From Candidatus Sungiibacteriota bacterium (GTDB taxonomy: Bacteria; Patescibacteriota; Minisyncoccia; Sungbacterales; SURF-37): a stretch of DNA of 64,000 bases. The translations under genes were made by a program, and so were the position numbers. This document shows positions 31,190 to 41,863 of the stretch, piece after piece. Location of the stretch: positions 17,505 to 81,504 of the forward strand of contig JACPMF010000009.1 in the NCBI GenBank assembly GCA_016186145.1, read 5' to 3'. How positions within the stretch are numbered: position 1 is the stretch's first letter; each line of letters starts with the position of its first letter. A model generated the notes under the pieces. It was not told where the DNA came from, searched no databases, and worked only from the letters and a program-made list of their open reading frames with translations.

Positions 31190-31390
31190 TCAATGCTTTT
31201 CCCTTCTTTCACCAAGGTAATCTATCAAAACAAACGCTAACGGCCAGTAAAAGAACATGAAGAGAACCGCTGCGACCTTTGCGTAAACTGTTTGATAACC
31301 ATATGCGCAAATGAGCAGTATCAGCCAAAACATCTTATCCTTTAAAACCGCTTTTTTCAATTGAATCCAGTATCTCCCTAACATTTTCAT
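31190..31390 (-). CDS. small membrane protein
   Basis: hydrophobic 66-aa ORF with purine-rich upstream region. Confidence 0.5.
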   Translation of the reverse strand: MKMLGRYWIQLKKAVLKDKMFWLILLICAYGYQTVYAKVAAVLFMFFYWPLAFVLIDYLGERREKH

Positions 31391-31443
31391 TACACACGCC
31401 GCCTTTCCTCTTCACTTAGGTTTCAAAGAATGTTACTAACATA

Positions 31444-32070
31444 TCATACCCCCAAAATCTCGTCAAGTTCTTTTTTGGTAATAACGCCGGAACGTAAAAT
31501 TATCGGATTATCGCGTGTGAAATCAACCACCGTCGACGGTCCTTTAGGCAACTCCCCGCCATCGATAATCAGACCTACTACGCTTTCTTTCCCCAACCCG
31601 CCCGCCGCCTCAACAGAGCGCATCGGTTCTCCTCCGGAAATATTTGCTGACGTTTGAACAAGCGGAAAATCCAAGCGCTGAAGAAGTTCCAAAAGAAACT
31701 GGTGATTCGGAATCCTAATACCGATCGTGTCTTTGCCGCCGGTAAGAACCCCCGGCAGCTTTTCTTTATGATGGAACACAACGGTTACCGGACCGGGCCA
31801 GACCTTCTCAAGAAAACGGGCTTTCCGATCGTCGATATAGGCAAATTTCCGTGCGGTCGCAATGTCTTTCACAAAAATCGGAAATGCTTTTTCCGAAACG
31901 CGCTTTTTTATTTTAAAAATTTTCCGGATTGTCTCCGGATTGGTCGCATCGCCATAAATCCCGTAAACCGTATCCGAAGGCCCGATAATGACCCCCCCTT
32001 TTTTTAAAACCTTCTCTGCGGCCGCAAAAACTTCATTTTTAGGCCCATCGTCAAATTTGATGACTTTCAT
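31444..32070 (-). CDS. tsaC: threonylcarbamoyl-AMP synthase
   Basis: DTVYG, KKR, WPGP, TSANISG, STVVD. Confidence 0.93.
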   Translation of the reverse strand: MKVIKFDDGPKNEVFAAAEKVLKKGGVIIGPSDTVYGIYGDATNPETIRKIFKIKKRVSEKAFPIFVKDIATARKFAYIDDRKARFLEKVWPGPVTVVFHHKEKLPGVLTGGKDTIGIRIPNHQFLLELLQRLDFPLVQTSANISGGEPMRSVEAAGGLGKESVVGLIIDGGELPKGPSTVVDFTRDNPIILRSGVITKKELDEILGV

Positions 32071-32086
32071 ATCAAATCCGCGCAGG

Positions 32087-32124
32087 TACTATTCTCATAT
32101 TCTTAAGAATATGAGAATAGTACC
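32087..32124. repeat. TTCTTAAGAA-centred perfect palindrome
   Basis: related palindromes at 52039-52091 and 52905-52947. Confidence 0.75.
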
Positions 32125-32129
32125 GTTAC

Positions 32130-33101
32130 TTACAAAAGCCCCGCCAGGACTTTCGCAAGACGCGCAGGATCATGACGAACAAATCCGCTTTTTCTTACAA
32201 AGTCCCCGGTTATCGCAACCGGCTTCTTTTGAAAATTCCCGCCGAGCCCCACGACCTGTTTTCCTTCTCGCGCATATTCTTTCAAGCGTTCCGGTGACGG
32301 TTTTTTCGTATTAATAACAGCAAAATCAAGAACGCCTTTTCCAAGATACTTTTCAATTGCGTCCAGAAAATCGCGGGCAGTAAAATCGGTTGTCTCGCCC
32401 AACTTGGTCATCGTATTCACTACAAACACCTTCGTGCCCTTTGCCTCACGAATCGCGCGGCCAACCCCGCGAACGAGGAGGTTCGGAATAATACTCGTAA
32501 AAAGGTCGCCGGGGCCGAGTATAATCAGATCCGCTTCCCTGATTACAGAAATGGCTTTTGGGTTTCCCGAAGCATGCGGTTTTAAAAAAACCTTTTTTAT
32601 TTTCAGCGACGAATCATGTTTCGGGATATCAATATTCGTCTCGCCTTTAACGATTGCCCCGTCTTCGAGTTCCGCGCGAAGCTCTACATTATCAAGGGTC
32701 ACGGGAATAACCCGACCCTGGACGTTAAGAATCCGGCCCGCTTCTTCAACCGCATCTTCAAAACTTCCCGTGAGACGCTCGAGAGCCGTCAACATAATAT
32801 TGCCAAATGCATGCCCGCGAAAACCGCCTTCACGGAAACGATAATTAAAAAGATCGGACAGCAACTTGTTGTCAGTCCGCGCGAGTGCTACCATCGCCCG
32901 CCGCAAGTCGCCGGGCGGGAGAATTCCAAATTCCTCGCGAAGAACACCGGTTGAACCGCCATCGTCGGCCATAGAAATAACCGCTGAAAGCTCAACAGGA
33001 TACTTTTTGAGGCCGGAGAGAACAGTAAAAACGCCGGTTCCCCCGCCGATCACTACGACCTTCTTGGGATTTTTAATTTTCGATTTGTGGATTCGTCGCA
33101 T
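32130..33101 (-). CDS. yvcK: YvcK/CofD family UDP-GlcNAc-binding protein
   Basis: IGGGTG, DDGGSTG.LR, PPGDLR, GHAFGN, RHDP. Confidence 0.93.
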   Translation of the reverse strand: MRRIHKSKIKNPKKVVVIGGGTGVFTVLSGLKKYPVELSAVISMADDGGSTGVLREEFGILPPGDLRRAMVALARTDNKLLSDLFNYRFREGGFRGHAFGNIMLTALERLTGSFEDAVEEAGRILNVQGRVIPVTLDNVELRAELEDGAIVKGETNIDIPKHDSSLKIKKVFLKPHASGNPKAISVIREADLIILGPGDLFTSIIPNLLVRGVGRAIREAKGTKVFVVNTMTKLGETTDFTARDFLDAIEKYLGKGVLDFAVINTKKPSPERLKEYAREGKQVVGLGGNFQKKPVAITGDFVRKSGFVRHDPARLAKVLAGLL

Positions 33102-33299
33102 TTATTAGCCCGCTATGGAAATACAAAATTTTCGAATTATGAATAAGGAGTTAGGAATAAAAAACACCTTTCGTAGCCATAATCCACAATTCTTGATTCA
33201 TGGTTCTGCTCCTTAATATTACCCCTTTCCACCCTTACTCGTTTGTGCTACATCTGAATAACCTTATTTCAGCCGCACCTTAAAAAGGAGAAACCGACA

Positions 33300-33992
33300 A
33301 TGGAACGGGTACCGAACGCGCGCTGGTGGCAAGTAAAACATGCCTGGCTCTATACCCGATTGCGAATGGAGGGACTCGAGGGTCCGCAATTTGTTGACAA
33401 CATGAATACCTATGTAGATCCCGACGTCCTTATCGGCGCCGGGACGGTTGTGGAGCCAAACGTCTGGATTAAAGGAAACACGGTCATCGGCAAAAATTGC
33501 CGCATCGGTTTTGGATCGGTCATTATTGACTCCGAACTCGAAAACGACGTGGTTATCTGCGGCGCGCGGATTGAACAATGCTATATCTGCCACCACGCAG
33601 AAATCGGATATACCGCCCAGATGAAACGAACCCGCTTCGGCGCGCGTTCAAAAATGGTTCACCGCGGCTACCTCGGAGACGCGACTGTGGGTGAAGGCGT
33701 AAACATCGGCGCAGACGTCACCACCGCGAACTACGATGGCGCGAATAAGCATAAAACCGTGATCGGCGATAACGCTTTTATCGGAACCGGCGTTAACCTT
33801 GTAGCACCCATTGAAATTCCGACAGGCATGATGATCGCATCCGGCTCAACGGTCACAACGAAAGACCCAAAAGAGCCAGGGCGGCTTCTGGTCGCCCGCG
33901 CTCCAGGGCGGCTCTCACAGTCAAAACGGGTGGTAAAAGACGAACGAGGCTGGCTGCTTAAAAATATAGAAGAGGAGGACCAGCTGGAATGA
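33300..33992 (+). CDS. GlmU-like acetyltransferase (left-handed beta-helix domain only)
   Basis: H..YLGDA, NIGA, NYDGANKHKTVIGD. Confidence 0.85.
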   Translation: MERVPNARWWQVKHAWLYTRLRMEGLEGPQFVDNMNTYVDPDVLIGAGTVVEPNVWIKGNTVIGKNCRIGFGSVIIDSELENDVVICGARIEQCYICHHAEIGYTAQMKRTRFGARSKMVHRGYLGDATVGEGVNIGADVTTANYDGANKHKTVIGDNAFIGTGVNLVAPIEIPTGMMIASGSTVTTKDPKEPGRLLVARAPGRLSQSKRVVKDERGWLLKNIEEEDQLE

Positions 33993-34043
33993 GAAGGTTT
34001 TCATCAGCGCTTTTCTCCGTGCAAATCAAATTGAAAAGCCCTA

Positions 34044-34310
34044 CTAGTTAGGGCTCTTTTCTTTTTCTTCCGTAGACGGCGGCATCGCGCGGTATGCCGC
34101 GGCAATTGCTCTCGTTAGGCCGGGACAGGCGGACGAAGCACCACCGCTAGTACAAAGCCGAACAAAATTACGCATTGGCCACGTGCCTTCTTCACCGACG
34201 CCAACATACCATTCGCCGTTGCCGCCCTGAAAAATAATCAATTCGTTTCGATGCTTTTCGTCCCGGTCGTCGGTAAGATACCGCCGCAATTCTTGCATCT
34301 CCGATTCCAT
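34044..34310 (-). CDS. hypothetical protein
   Basis: 88-aa ORF coupled to the upstream gene. Confidence 0.6.
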   Translation of the reverse strand: MESEMQELRRYLTDDRDEKHRNELIIFQGGNGEWYVGVGEEGTWPMRNFVRLCTSGGASSACPGLTRAIAAAYRAMPPSTEEKEKSPN

Positions 34311-34564
34311 TACAAATAAATAGGCGGATGGTTAATCATTGGGAAGATCAGGAGAACCAAGGCGGTTCCTGCGTGGAAATACGCTAAAAACATGGCCAAC
34401 ACAAGCACAAATGCCGCAAACTCCTCTACAACCTTCCTGACCCCGTAAAGACACTGCATTTTTCTTTCACGGCGATCAGCCAAATCTGTGAGTTTAACAA
34501 GTAAAAGAAGTCCTACCACAAACACTACGGCGTCAACAACGAAAGAAAGGTAAGTTACTTGCAT
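34310..34564 (-). CDS. small membrane protein
   Basis: two TM segments; GGGGGTG RBS. Confidence 0.6.
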   Translation of the reverse strand: MQVTYLSFVVDAVVFVVGLLLLVKLTDLADRRERKMQCLYGVRKVVEEFAAFVLVLAMFLAYFHAGTALVLLIFPMINHPPIYL

Positions 34565-34605
34565 CGCTCACCCCCTTCTCTAAATTTAAAGAACGCAAAG
34601 ATATT

Positions 34606-36447
34606 TTATTCTACTGTCACAGATTTAGCAAGATTTCTTGGCTTGTCTACATCGTAACCCCTTAACACTCCGAAGTGATACGCAAAAAGCTGAAGCGGGA
34701 TGACCGCCAAAAGCGGCGTCAGCATTTCAAGAGTTTTTGGGATATAGATTACATCATCGGCAATATCTCGAATTTTCTCGTCTCCCTCGGTAGCAACCGC
34801 AATCACCGGACCCTTGCGGGCCCGCACTTCCTCTATATTTGAAATCATTTTTTCATAAACCGAATCCTGCGGTGCGATAAACACCGACGGCAGATTCTGA
34901 TCAATCATCGCAATCGGCCCATGCTTCAACTCACCGGCACCATACCCTTCGGCGTGAACATAAGAAATTTCTTTCAACTTCAATGCCCCTTCGTACGCGA
35001 CCGGCAAATTGTACTTCCTCCCAAGGTACAAAAAGTTATCATATTTTTGATACTTTACCGCAAGCCGCCGGATAACATCGTTTTGTAAAAGAATTTTTCG
35101 CATGAAATCGGGAATTTTTTTAAGCTCGCCCGCAATCCGCTCACCCGTAACCAAAGACATTTCCCGCTGACGGCCAAGGAGAAGAGTAAACAGGGCAAGT
35201 ATCGCAACCTGCGAAGTAAACGCTTTAGTTGATGCAACCCCGATTTCAGGACCAACATGCTGGTATACGCCGGCGTCAGTATCGCGCGCAATGGTTGAGC
35301 CGACAACATTCACAATACCAAGCGTCGGCACGCCTTTTTCTCTTGCCTCGCGAAGCGCTGCCAACGTATCTGCGGTCTCACCAGACTGCGAAATCGCAAG
35401 CATGATATCGCCTTCGCGGAAAACCGGCTTCCGATAGCGGAACTCCGAAGCAAGGTCAACTTCAACCGGAATACCGGCGTATTCTTCGAGCATGTACTCG
35501 CCGACGCGGCCGGCAAGATATGCCGTGCCGCACCCGGAGATCAAAATACGTTTTGCATTTTTTACCTGTGGGATTACTTCAGCAAGCCCGCCAAGCTTCG
35601 CACGGCCTTCTTCCGGAACCAACCGCCCGCGTATCGAGTTCTCGATGGCATGCGGTTCCTCAAAAATCTCTTTCAGCATGAAATGCGGATACCCTCCTTT
35701 CTGCGCCTCTTCCGGAGACCACTCAACTTTATGAAACTTCTTTTCAAGAAGATTCCTTTTAAGATCAAAAATACGATGGTTTGCCGGAGTCAGCACCGCC
35801 ATTTCGCCGTCATCAAGATAGATGACATCCTTGGTATGCTTTAACACTGCCGAGGCGTCGGAAGCAATAAAATATTCACCCTCGCCGATTCCAATAAGAA
35901 GCGGTGAAAAGTTGCGCGCGGCAATAAGTTTTTCCGGCTCCCTGCGGTCAATAACGGCAAGACCATATGTTCCCCGCACAGTCAGAAGCGAAAGGCGCAC
36001 AGCCTCCGCAATATCGAGCTCTTTGTTTTTGTTTCTAAATTCTTCAATAAGATGAGCAATCGTTTCAGTGTCCGTTTCCGAGCGGAAAACATGGCCCATT
36101 TTTTTTAATTCCCCCTTAAGGTCCTTATAGTTTTCAATAATGCCGTTATGGACAAGCCAGATGTCGCCGGAACAATCCCGATGCGGATGAGCGTTCGTTT
36201 CTGTCACCCCGCCATGAGTAGCCCAACGGGAATGCACAATGCCGGCAGAACCGGCAAATTCCTTACCATGAACTTTTTCTTGCAAAACAGCAACCTTGCC
36301 GACTGCCTTTTCGCTCCTGACGTTGCCGCTTTTCGTAACAACCGCAAAGCCCGCCGAGTCATAACCCCGGTATTCGAGATTTTTTATGCCATCCATCAGA
36401 ATAGGTAGGGCCTTTTGTCTGCCGATGTAACCGACAATTCCACACAT
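34606..36447 (-). CDS. glmS: glutamine--fructose-6-phosphate aminotransferase
   Basis: MCGIVG, EYRGYDSAG, PRNLAKSVTVE. Confidence 0.98.
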   Translation of the reverse strand: MCGIVGYIGRQKALPILMDGIKNLEYRGYDSAGFAVVTKSGNVRSEKAVGKVAVLQEKVHGKEFAGSAGIVHSRWATHGGVTETNAHPHRDCSGDIWLVHNGIIENYKDLKGELKKMGHVFRSETDTETIAHLIEEFRNKNKELDIAEAVRLSLLTVRGTYGLAVIDRREPEKLIAARNFSPLLIGIGEGEYFIASDASAVLKHTKDVIYLDDGEMAVLTPANHRIFDLKRNLLEKKFHKVEWSPEEAQKGGYPHFMLKEIFEEPHAIENSIRGRLVPEEGRAKLGGLAEVIPQVKNAKRILISGCGTAYLAGRVGEYMLEEYAGIPVEVDLASEFRYRKPVFREGDIMLAISQSGETADTLAALREAREKGVPTLGIVNVVGSTIARDTDAGVYQHVGPEIGVASTKAFTSQVAILALFTLLLGRQREMSLVTGERIAGELKKIPDFMRKILLQNDVIRRLAVKYQKYDNFLYLGRKYNLPVAYEGALKLKEISYVHAEGYGAGELKHGPIAMIDQNLPSVFIAPQDSVYEKMISNIEEVRARKGPVIAVATEGDEKIRDIADDVIYIPKTLEMLTPLLAVIPLQLFAYHFGVLRGYDVDKPRNLAKSVTVE

Positions 36448-36553
36448 GGTTTACTTCTTAATACCGGATATGCGGAGATTTGTTTTCAAAATCAGCCCCG
36501 AAAATAATTTGCTTGAAATGTATCCCTTCTCGGTTCTTATTAAAAAACCGCGG

Positions 36554-36808
36554 TTACCCGCGGACAACACTGTTAAATTTGTACCCCCGTAGTCTTGTAG
36601 GATAAACGATCTTATCTGTAAAAATATTTTTTACCATGGCGTCACCGCCAATTGTACAGGCATCACCCACCCAGCTATCAGCTTCTGCCAACGCGCGTCT
36701 CCTAGTCCTCAATTCCCTATCGCGTACGAAACCAGAGCCATGACCACTAGTATAAACAGCATACCAGCGACCAGTGCAAAAATTTAGAACGCGCCTTAAA
36801 AATTCCAT
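36554..36808 (-). CDS. hypothetical protein
   Basis: GGGAGG RBS. Confidence 0.55.
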   Translation of the reverse strand: MEFLRRVLNFCTGRWYAVYTSGHGSGFVRDRELRTRRRALAEADSWVGDACTIGGDAMVKNIFTDKIVYPTRLRGYKFNSVVRG

Positions 36809-36902
36809 GATTTCCTCCCTTTTGAGAATAAAAGAACTAACTAGAAAATATGTTAACCAAAAATAGCATATATAAGTTTTTTGTCAATTAAAAAACGAGG
36901 CC

Positions 36903-37421
36903 TTAGTCGGCCTCTTTCTTTTTAATATTCGCGGGATTCTTTCTCATCAATACGCAAAACCATCCTTCGGCAACATTTTCATATCTTTGATTTTCAGTGA
37001 AGAACTCAAATCTCACAATACCTTTATCCGGATATTTTTTTGATTCTTTCGTCTCGGTAATATGCAAATAATGCTTAACCCTATCACCCGGACGCACCGG
37101 CAAAATAAATTTTACATACTTCTCGAGAAGGGCTTCAAGAGTTCCATGCCAAAAATCAACGGTGTGGAGCGCGCCAAAAAGCGTGTTCACTACGAGTTCG
37201 CCGTGAACAGCTAACCCGCCGAGAACCGTGGTGGCCGCGAAACTATTATTAAAATGAAGTGGATTGAAATCCCCCGTGGCAAGAGCAAAACGATCTATAT
37301 CGCACCCGTCAATCCAAATCCAAGGCAAAGAATTAAAGCGCATACTTTTGTGGAAATCATCAAAGTATAGCGGCCGTCTAAAAATTTCGTTATTTACTGC
37401 GTCAACCCATCCGATCCTCAT
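36903..37421 (-). CDS. MaoC-like dehydratase (hotdog fold)
   Basis: FALATGDFNPLH..HG..F..PVRPGD. Confidence 0.85.
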   Translation of the reverse strand: MRIGWVDAVNNEIFRRPLYFDDFHKSMRFNSLPWIWIDGCDIDRFALATGDFNPLHFNNSFAATTVLGGLAVHGELVVNTLFGALHTVDFWHGTLEALLEKYVKFILPVRPGDRVKHYLHITETKESKKYPDKGIVRFEFFTENQRYENVAEGWFCVLMRKNPANIKKKEAD

Positions 37422-37543
37422 GATCCGACCCCAAACTCCCAAAAAGCAGGCTCTTCCTCGTTTCTCTGTCGCCGTTTCAAAAAAGCCGATGCTGCAACAA
37501 ACCCCGCAAGCACCCCAAACAAAAACAACATGCTTTTGTTCAC
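37418..37543 (-). CDS. small membrane peptide coupled to the MaoC gene
   Basis: GGAGGGG RBS, GTG start, TM segment, ATGA overlap. Confidence 0.5.
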   Translation of the reverse strand: MNKSMLFLFGVLAGFVAASAFLKRRQRNEEEPAFWEFGVGS

Positions 37544-37610
37544 GATATGCCCCCTCCGGTTTTCAACGAACCAGTACTTTTACTATATACTTCGGCAAAA
37601 AGAGATCAAA

Positions 37611-40073
37611 CTACACGACAAAATTAATAAGCTTATTTTTCACAAAAATAACCTTTCTGGGGACACCGGGCACATAGCGCTTTACCGCTTCGTTACTTAA
37701 AGCGGCGGCACGCGCATCTTCTTCGGTAATCCCCGCCCTTACTTCAACTGTTGCGCGCACTTTCCCGTTAACTTGTACAATAAGCGCGAAAAAATCTTCA
37801 GTAAGAAACTTTTTATCAAACTTTGGCCACAAAGAGGTGTGCACGCTTTTTTTATTGCCAAGCGCATACCACAATTCCTCGGTAATGTGCGGCGCGAAGG
37901 GGGCGAGAAGTTTCAGGAAAATTTCTTTTTCTTGGCGTCCGGCGCTGTCACTATGAGCCTCAAATTCATTCAAAAGCACCATCAAGGCGGAGATGGCGGT
38001 ATTGTATTGTAAATTTTCGATGTCTTCGGTAACTTTTTTTATCGTTTGATGCAAGATTTTTTGAGTTTGCGGTTTCGGGTTTTGCGTTTTTTTAGAATTC
38101 AGGGATTTGGTTTTAGAGCCTTGAGCGGCGTAATCATCAACAAACTTCCAAACGCGCTCTAAGAATCTTGTAACTCCCCTAATTCCAGTATCCCGGAAAT
38201 CTCCTCCTTGTTCAAAAGGTCCCAAGAACATTAAATACATCCGCAAAGCATCTGCGCCGTAGGAATGGATATATTCATCAGGGTTCACCACATTGCCGCG
38301 GGATTTGGACATCTTCGCGCCGTCTTTTGTAATGTGGCCATGCGCGCGAAACATCTTGAACGGCTCATCAAAACCAATAATGCCGAAGTCGTAAAAAACC
38401 ATAGTGATAAACCGCGTATAGAGAAGGTGCAATACCGCATGCTCAAATCCGCCCATGTAGCGATCCACCGGCAGCCATTTTTTTACCCTAAGCCTGTCGA
38501 AGGGCTTGCTTTTGTTTCCAACATCGATGTACCGGTAGTAGTACCATGCGGAATCAAGAAACGTATCTGAAACATCGGTCTCTCTCCTTGCCCACTCGCT
38601 GCAACGCGGACATTTTACCCGATAAAACGACTCGACACTCGCAAGCGGAGATTGGCTGGTTCCGGTCGGACGGAATTCTTTAACAAACGGCAGAAGTACC
38701 GGCAGATCTTTTTCAGCAACAGCATACCAGCCGGGCATTTCTTTTTGCTCGCCGCGCCCCGCACGCCGGCATGATTCGCAAAAAATCATCGGGATCGGCG
38801 GCCCCCAATAGCGCTGTCGTGAAATAAGCCAGTCCCGGAGACGGAACTGGGTTTTAAACTTTGCCTTCAAACTTTCGGCAATCATCCGCCGGGCCTCCTG
38901 GCTCTTAAAACCATTCGCCCATCCGGAATTCAAAAGTTTTCCTTCGCCGGTATACGCAGAATGCAAGGGCGCATGCGATTCGCCGTCGTCGGATATGACT
39001 TCGCGAACGGGCAGATTGAATTTTTTTGCAAACTCGAAGTCGCGCTCATCATGGGCCGGAACCGCCATGATCGCACCGGTGCCGACGCCGGAAAGCACAT
39101 AATCCGCCACCCAAACCGGTATCTTTTCGCCGTTTGCGGGATTGACGGCGAAAGATCCCGTAAATACTCCGGTCTTTATCTTCTTTGCGTCCAGCCGTTC
39201 CGCTTCGCTTCTCTTTGCCGCCTCCGCGATATATGCCTCAACTGCATCTTTTCGTTCTTTACCCAAAAACTCCGGTACCAACGGATGCTCCGGCGCAAGA
39301 ACCAGATATGTCGCTCCGAAGACGGTGTCCGCCCTCGTCGTAAACACTTCGATCTGAAGCTTAGAGCCTGAAACTTGAAATTTAACTAATGCTCCCTCTG
39401 ATTTTCCAATCCAGTTCTTTTGAGCAATCTTTACCTTCTCCGACCAGTCAATTTTTTCCAGATTCTTAAGCAGGCGTTCGGCGTAATCCGTTATCTTAAA
39501 AAACCACTGCTCAAGTTCTTTCTTTACCACCGTCGTACCGCACCGCTCGCACTCTCCGGCGATGACTTGCTCGTCGGCAAGAACGGTGAGGCATTGCGGA
39601 CACCAGTTCACCAGGGCTTTTTTGCGATACGCAAGGCCGCGCTTAAACATCCTAATAAAGACCCACTGAGTCCAACGGTAGTATTCGGAATCATATGTTT
39701 CTAGGCGTTCTTTCCAGGCAAAACCGGAGCCAATGCCGGCAATCTGCTTATAAAATCTTTTTTCGGTAATTTTTGAAAGCAGCATCGGGTGTTTGCCGAT
39801 TTTCAACGCATAGTTTTCGGAATGAATTCCAAAACCGTCAAGGCCGATAGGCTGAAAAACATCATACCTCTGCATGCGCTTGAGGCGTCCAAAAATATCG
39901 CATCCCACCATGTCATACATATTGCCGACATGCAGCCCCTCCGCGGACGGGTAAGGAAACATCGTTAGGTTATAAAATGGTTTTTTGGCACGCTTTAAAT
40001 CGGGCTCATAAACCCCTTCTTGCAACCATTTTTTTTGCCATTTCGCCTCAATTTTTTTATGGTTGTATTTCAT
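37611..40073 (-). CDS. leuS: leucyl-tRNA synthetase
   Basis: MFPYPSAEGLHVGN, DWLISRQRYWG, KMSKS. Confidence 0.98.
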   Translation of the reverse strand: MKYNHKKIEAKWQKKWLQEGVYEPDLKRAKKPFYNLTMFPYPSAEGLHVGNMYDMVGCDIFGRLKRMQRYDVFQPIGLDGFGIHSENYALKIGKHPMLLSKITEKRFYKQIAGIGSGFAWKERLETYDSEYYRWTQWVFIRMFKRGLAYRKKALVNWCPQCLTVLADEQVIAGECERCGTTVVKKELEQWFFKITDYAERLLKNLEKIDWSEKVKIAQKNWIGKSEGALVKFQVSGSKLQIEVFTTRADTVFGATYLVLAPEHPLVPEFLGKERKDAVEAYIAEAAKRSEAERLDAKKIKTGVFTGSFAVNPANGEKIPVWVADYVLSGVGTGAIMAVPAHDERDFEFAKKFNLPVREVISDDGESHAPLHSAYTGEGKLLNSGWANGFKSQEARRMIAESLKAKFKTQFRLRDWLISRQRYWGPPIPMIFCESCRRAGRGEQKEMPGWYAVAEKDLPVLLPFVKEFRPTGTSQSPLASVESFYRVKCPRCSEWARRETDVSDTFLDSAWYYYRYIDVGNKSKPFDRLRVKKWLPVDRYMGGFEHAVLHLLYTRFITMVFYDFGIIGFDEPFKMFRAHGHITKDGAKMSKSRGNVVNPDEYIHSYGADALRMYLMFLGPFEQGGDFRDTGIRGVTRFLERVWKFVDDYAAQGSKTKSLNSKKTQNPKPQTQKILHQTIKKVTEDIENLQYNTAISALMVLLNEFEAHSDSAGRQEKEIFLKLLAPFAPHITEELWYALGNKKSVHTSLWPKFDKKFLTEDFFALIVQVNGKVRATVEVRAGITEEDARAAALSNEAVKRYVPGVPRKVIFVKNKLINFVV

Positions 40074-40294
40074 AAGCGCTCTTCACTATATAAGCATTGG
40101 CCAATTTTTAATTCAAGGCATTTACATGCTTTACTTTTGTCATCTATGTTTGTGCCAAATAAACCCTATAGGATTTATTTAACGGTTTTGGTTGATTGCG
40201 TGATATATGCCTAACACCAATTTGACTTCTTGCTACACTATTTGTATAGTAATGCCGCAGATCATTTATAAAATTGAATAGGGAAGGGAATGGC

Positions 40295-40900
40295 ATGAAC
40301 CCCGGACACGAACTGCCAAGCGATGATGAAGTTTTTGAAAAAGCAAAAACAATAAAGAACCTTCCGAAGGATGCCGCGGAAAAGAGCAATACGGAGGTTA
40401 TAGACTTTTTAAAATCTCTTGCCGAGTTTATCCAGGAAATGCAGCTTTGTACCCAATCAGGCCAAAAAGGGCCGCCTTCACCCCGGCGTTCGATCCAACA
40501 ATTTGTAAGGCGCTGCAAAGAAAAAAAGATTTCCGCATGTATCTTTATAAAAAAGACCTCTCCGGCAACAAAAAAGACGTGGTCAAAGAAAAAACTGGTG
40601 AGTGTTAAGTATGCAATCCTCCGCAATTGGCCGCAGGAAGAAGCATCTCTTCACGTCCACATCACATGCGAGCTATGCGAAGTGTTGATCCGGCATATCG
40701 AGGTTTTGCCGGAATACACCTCTGTTGAGGCCGGAAAAATTGAAATTGAAATCCAAGATTTTCCCGGCGCATGCATGCCGACCCGAAATGAAGCGTCTAA
40801 CCCACTACCAAAGCCAGCGACGCCAAGCGAAGGCAACGTGCTCTCCGAAGCCGAAACACGGCGCTTCCTGGAAAGCATGGGGCTGGAAGACATACTCTAA
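40295..40900 (+). CDS. hypothetical protein
   Basis: about 200-aa ORF between leuS and the recombinase. Confidence 0.55.
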   Translation: MNPGHELPSDDEVFEKAKTIKNLPKDAAEKSNTEVIDFLKSLAEFIQEMQLCTQSGQKGPPSPRRSIQQFVRRCKEKKISACIFIKKTSPATKKTWSKKKLVSVKYAILRNWPQEEASLHVHITCELCEVLIRHIEVLPEYTSVEAGKIEIEIQDFPGACMPTRNEASNPLPKPATPSEGNVLSEAETRRFLESMGLEDIL

Positions 40901-40945
40901 CCAGGGCAAAACAACAGTGAACGAATCCCGCGCAAATGCGGGATT

Positions 40946-41863
40946 TTATGTTTTTAAATTTCTGGAGTGGTATTTTTTGTGAATTTCGCGAAGCGCTTTG
41001 TCAGTAACATGCGTGTATATCTGCGTAGTGGTGATTTGCGCGTGCCCCAGAAGCTGCTGGACCGACCGCAAATCCGCTCCGTTTCGTAAAAGGTCGGTCG
41101 CAAACGCATGACGCAAACCGTGCGGCGTAATTTTTTTTGAAATGCCGGCCTGCAGAGCACATTTTTTAACAAGACGTTGAATAGAGCGCGGTGTCAAACG
41201 AAGCTCGGTACTGTTTTTTATTGAAGTTCCTTTTTTAAAATGAACAAACAACGCTTCATCAACATCACCGCGCTTATCGAGGTATTTTTGAAGCGCATCC
41301 CGCGCGCGCTCCGACAAAAACACGATGCGGATTTTATCGCCCTTGCCGCGCACTGAAAATTCATCGCGCTTCAAATTAATCGAGTCGCGACTTAGTTGGG
41401 CGAGTTCGGAAACGCGCAGGCCGGTCGAAAAAAAAAGTTCAAGAAGCGCGCGATCGCGAAGAGCAGTAAGCGTGTCCCCCTTCGGAGCGCCAAGCAATCG
41501 TTCGAGTTCGTCATGTTCGATTACTTCCAATTCACGGCTAGGTGCTTTCCCCAATTCAACTTTTTCCGGCGTTAAACTTTTGATATCGCGCTTGGCAAGA
41601 TACTTCAAAAAACTCCGCAGTGCTATCAAATGATAAAGCTGCGTCTGTTTTTTAAGCGGCTCACCATCGGCTCCACTAATGCGGTTTAGTTTGATGCGAT
41701 AGCTCCGAACCGCTTCTGCCGTAATATCTTGCGGTTTTTCAATGCCGGCAAGCTTTGAGAATCGGCGCAGATAACGGTCATAATTTTCAATGGTTTTCGG
41801 CGAACGATTCTTTTCTATTTCCAAATATTCTAAAAATTGTCTTCGCAATTCTTTTAAGGACAT
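40946..41863 (-). CDS. XerC/XerD-family tyrosine recombinase
   Basis: TGLRVSEL, GKGDK.R, TPHGLRHAFAT, LGHAQITTTQIYTHV. Confidence 0.95.
   Translation of the reverse strand: MSLKELRRQFLEYLEIEKNRSPKTIENYDRYLRRFSKLAGIEKPQDITAEAVRSYRIKLNRISGADGEPLKKQTQLYHLIALRSFLKYLAKRDIKSLTPEKVELGKAPSRELEVIEHDELERLLGAPKGDTLTALRDRALLELFFSTGLRVSELAQLSRDSINLKRDEFSVRGKGDKIRIVFLSERARDALQKYLDKRGDVDEALFVHFKKGTSIKNSTELRLTPRSIQRLVKKCALQAGISKKITPHGLRHAFATDLLRNGADLRSVQQLLGHAQITTTQIYTHVTDKALREIHKKYHSRNLKT

Noticed and set aside
36448-36553. glmS ribozyme upstream of glmS
   Set aside because: The conserved ribozyme core is not recognisable.
40946-41863. Tyrosine recombinase as the integrase of the glyA array or of a prophage
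   Set aside because: It resembles housekeeping XerC/D, lies 15 kb away, and no phage genes are present; a role in trans is not excluded.
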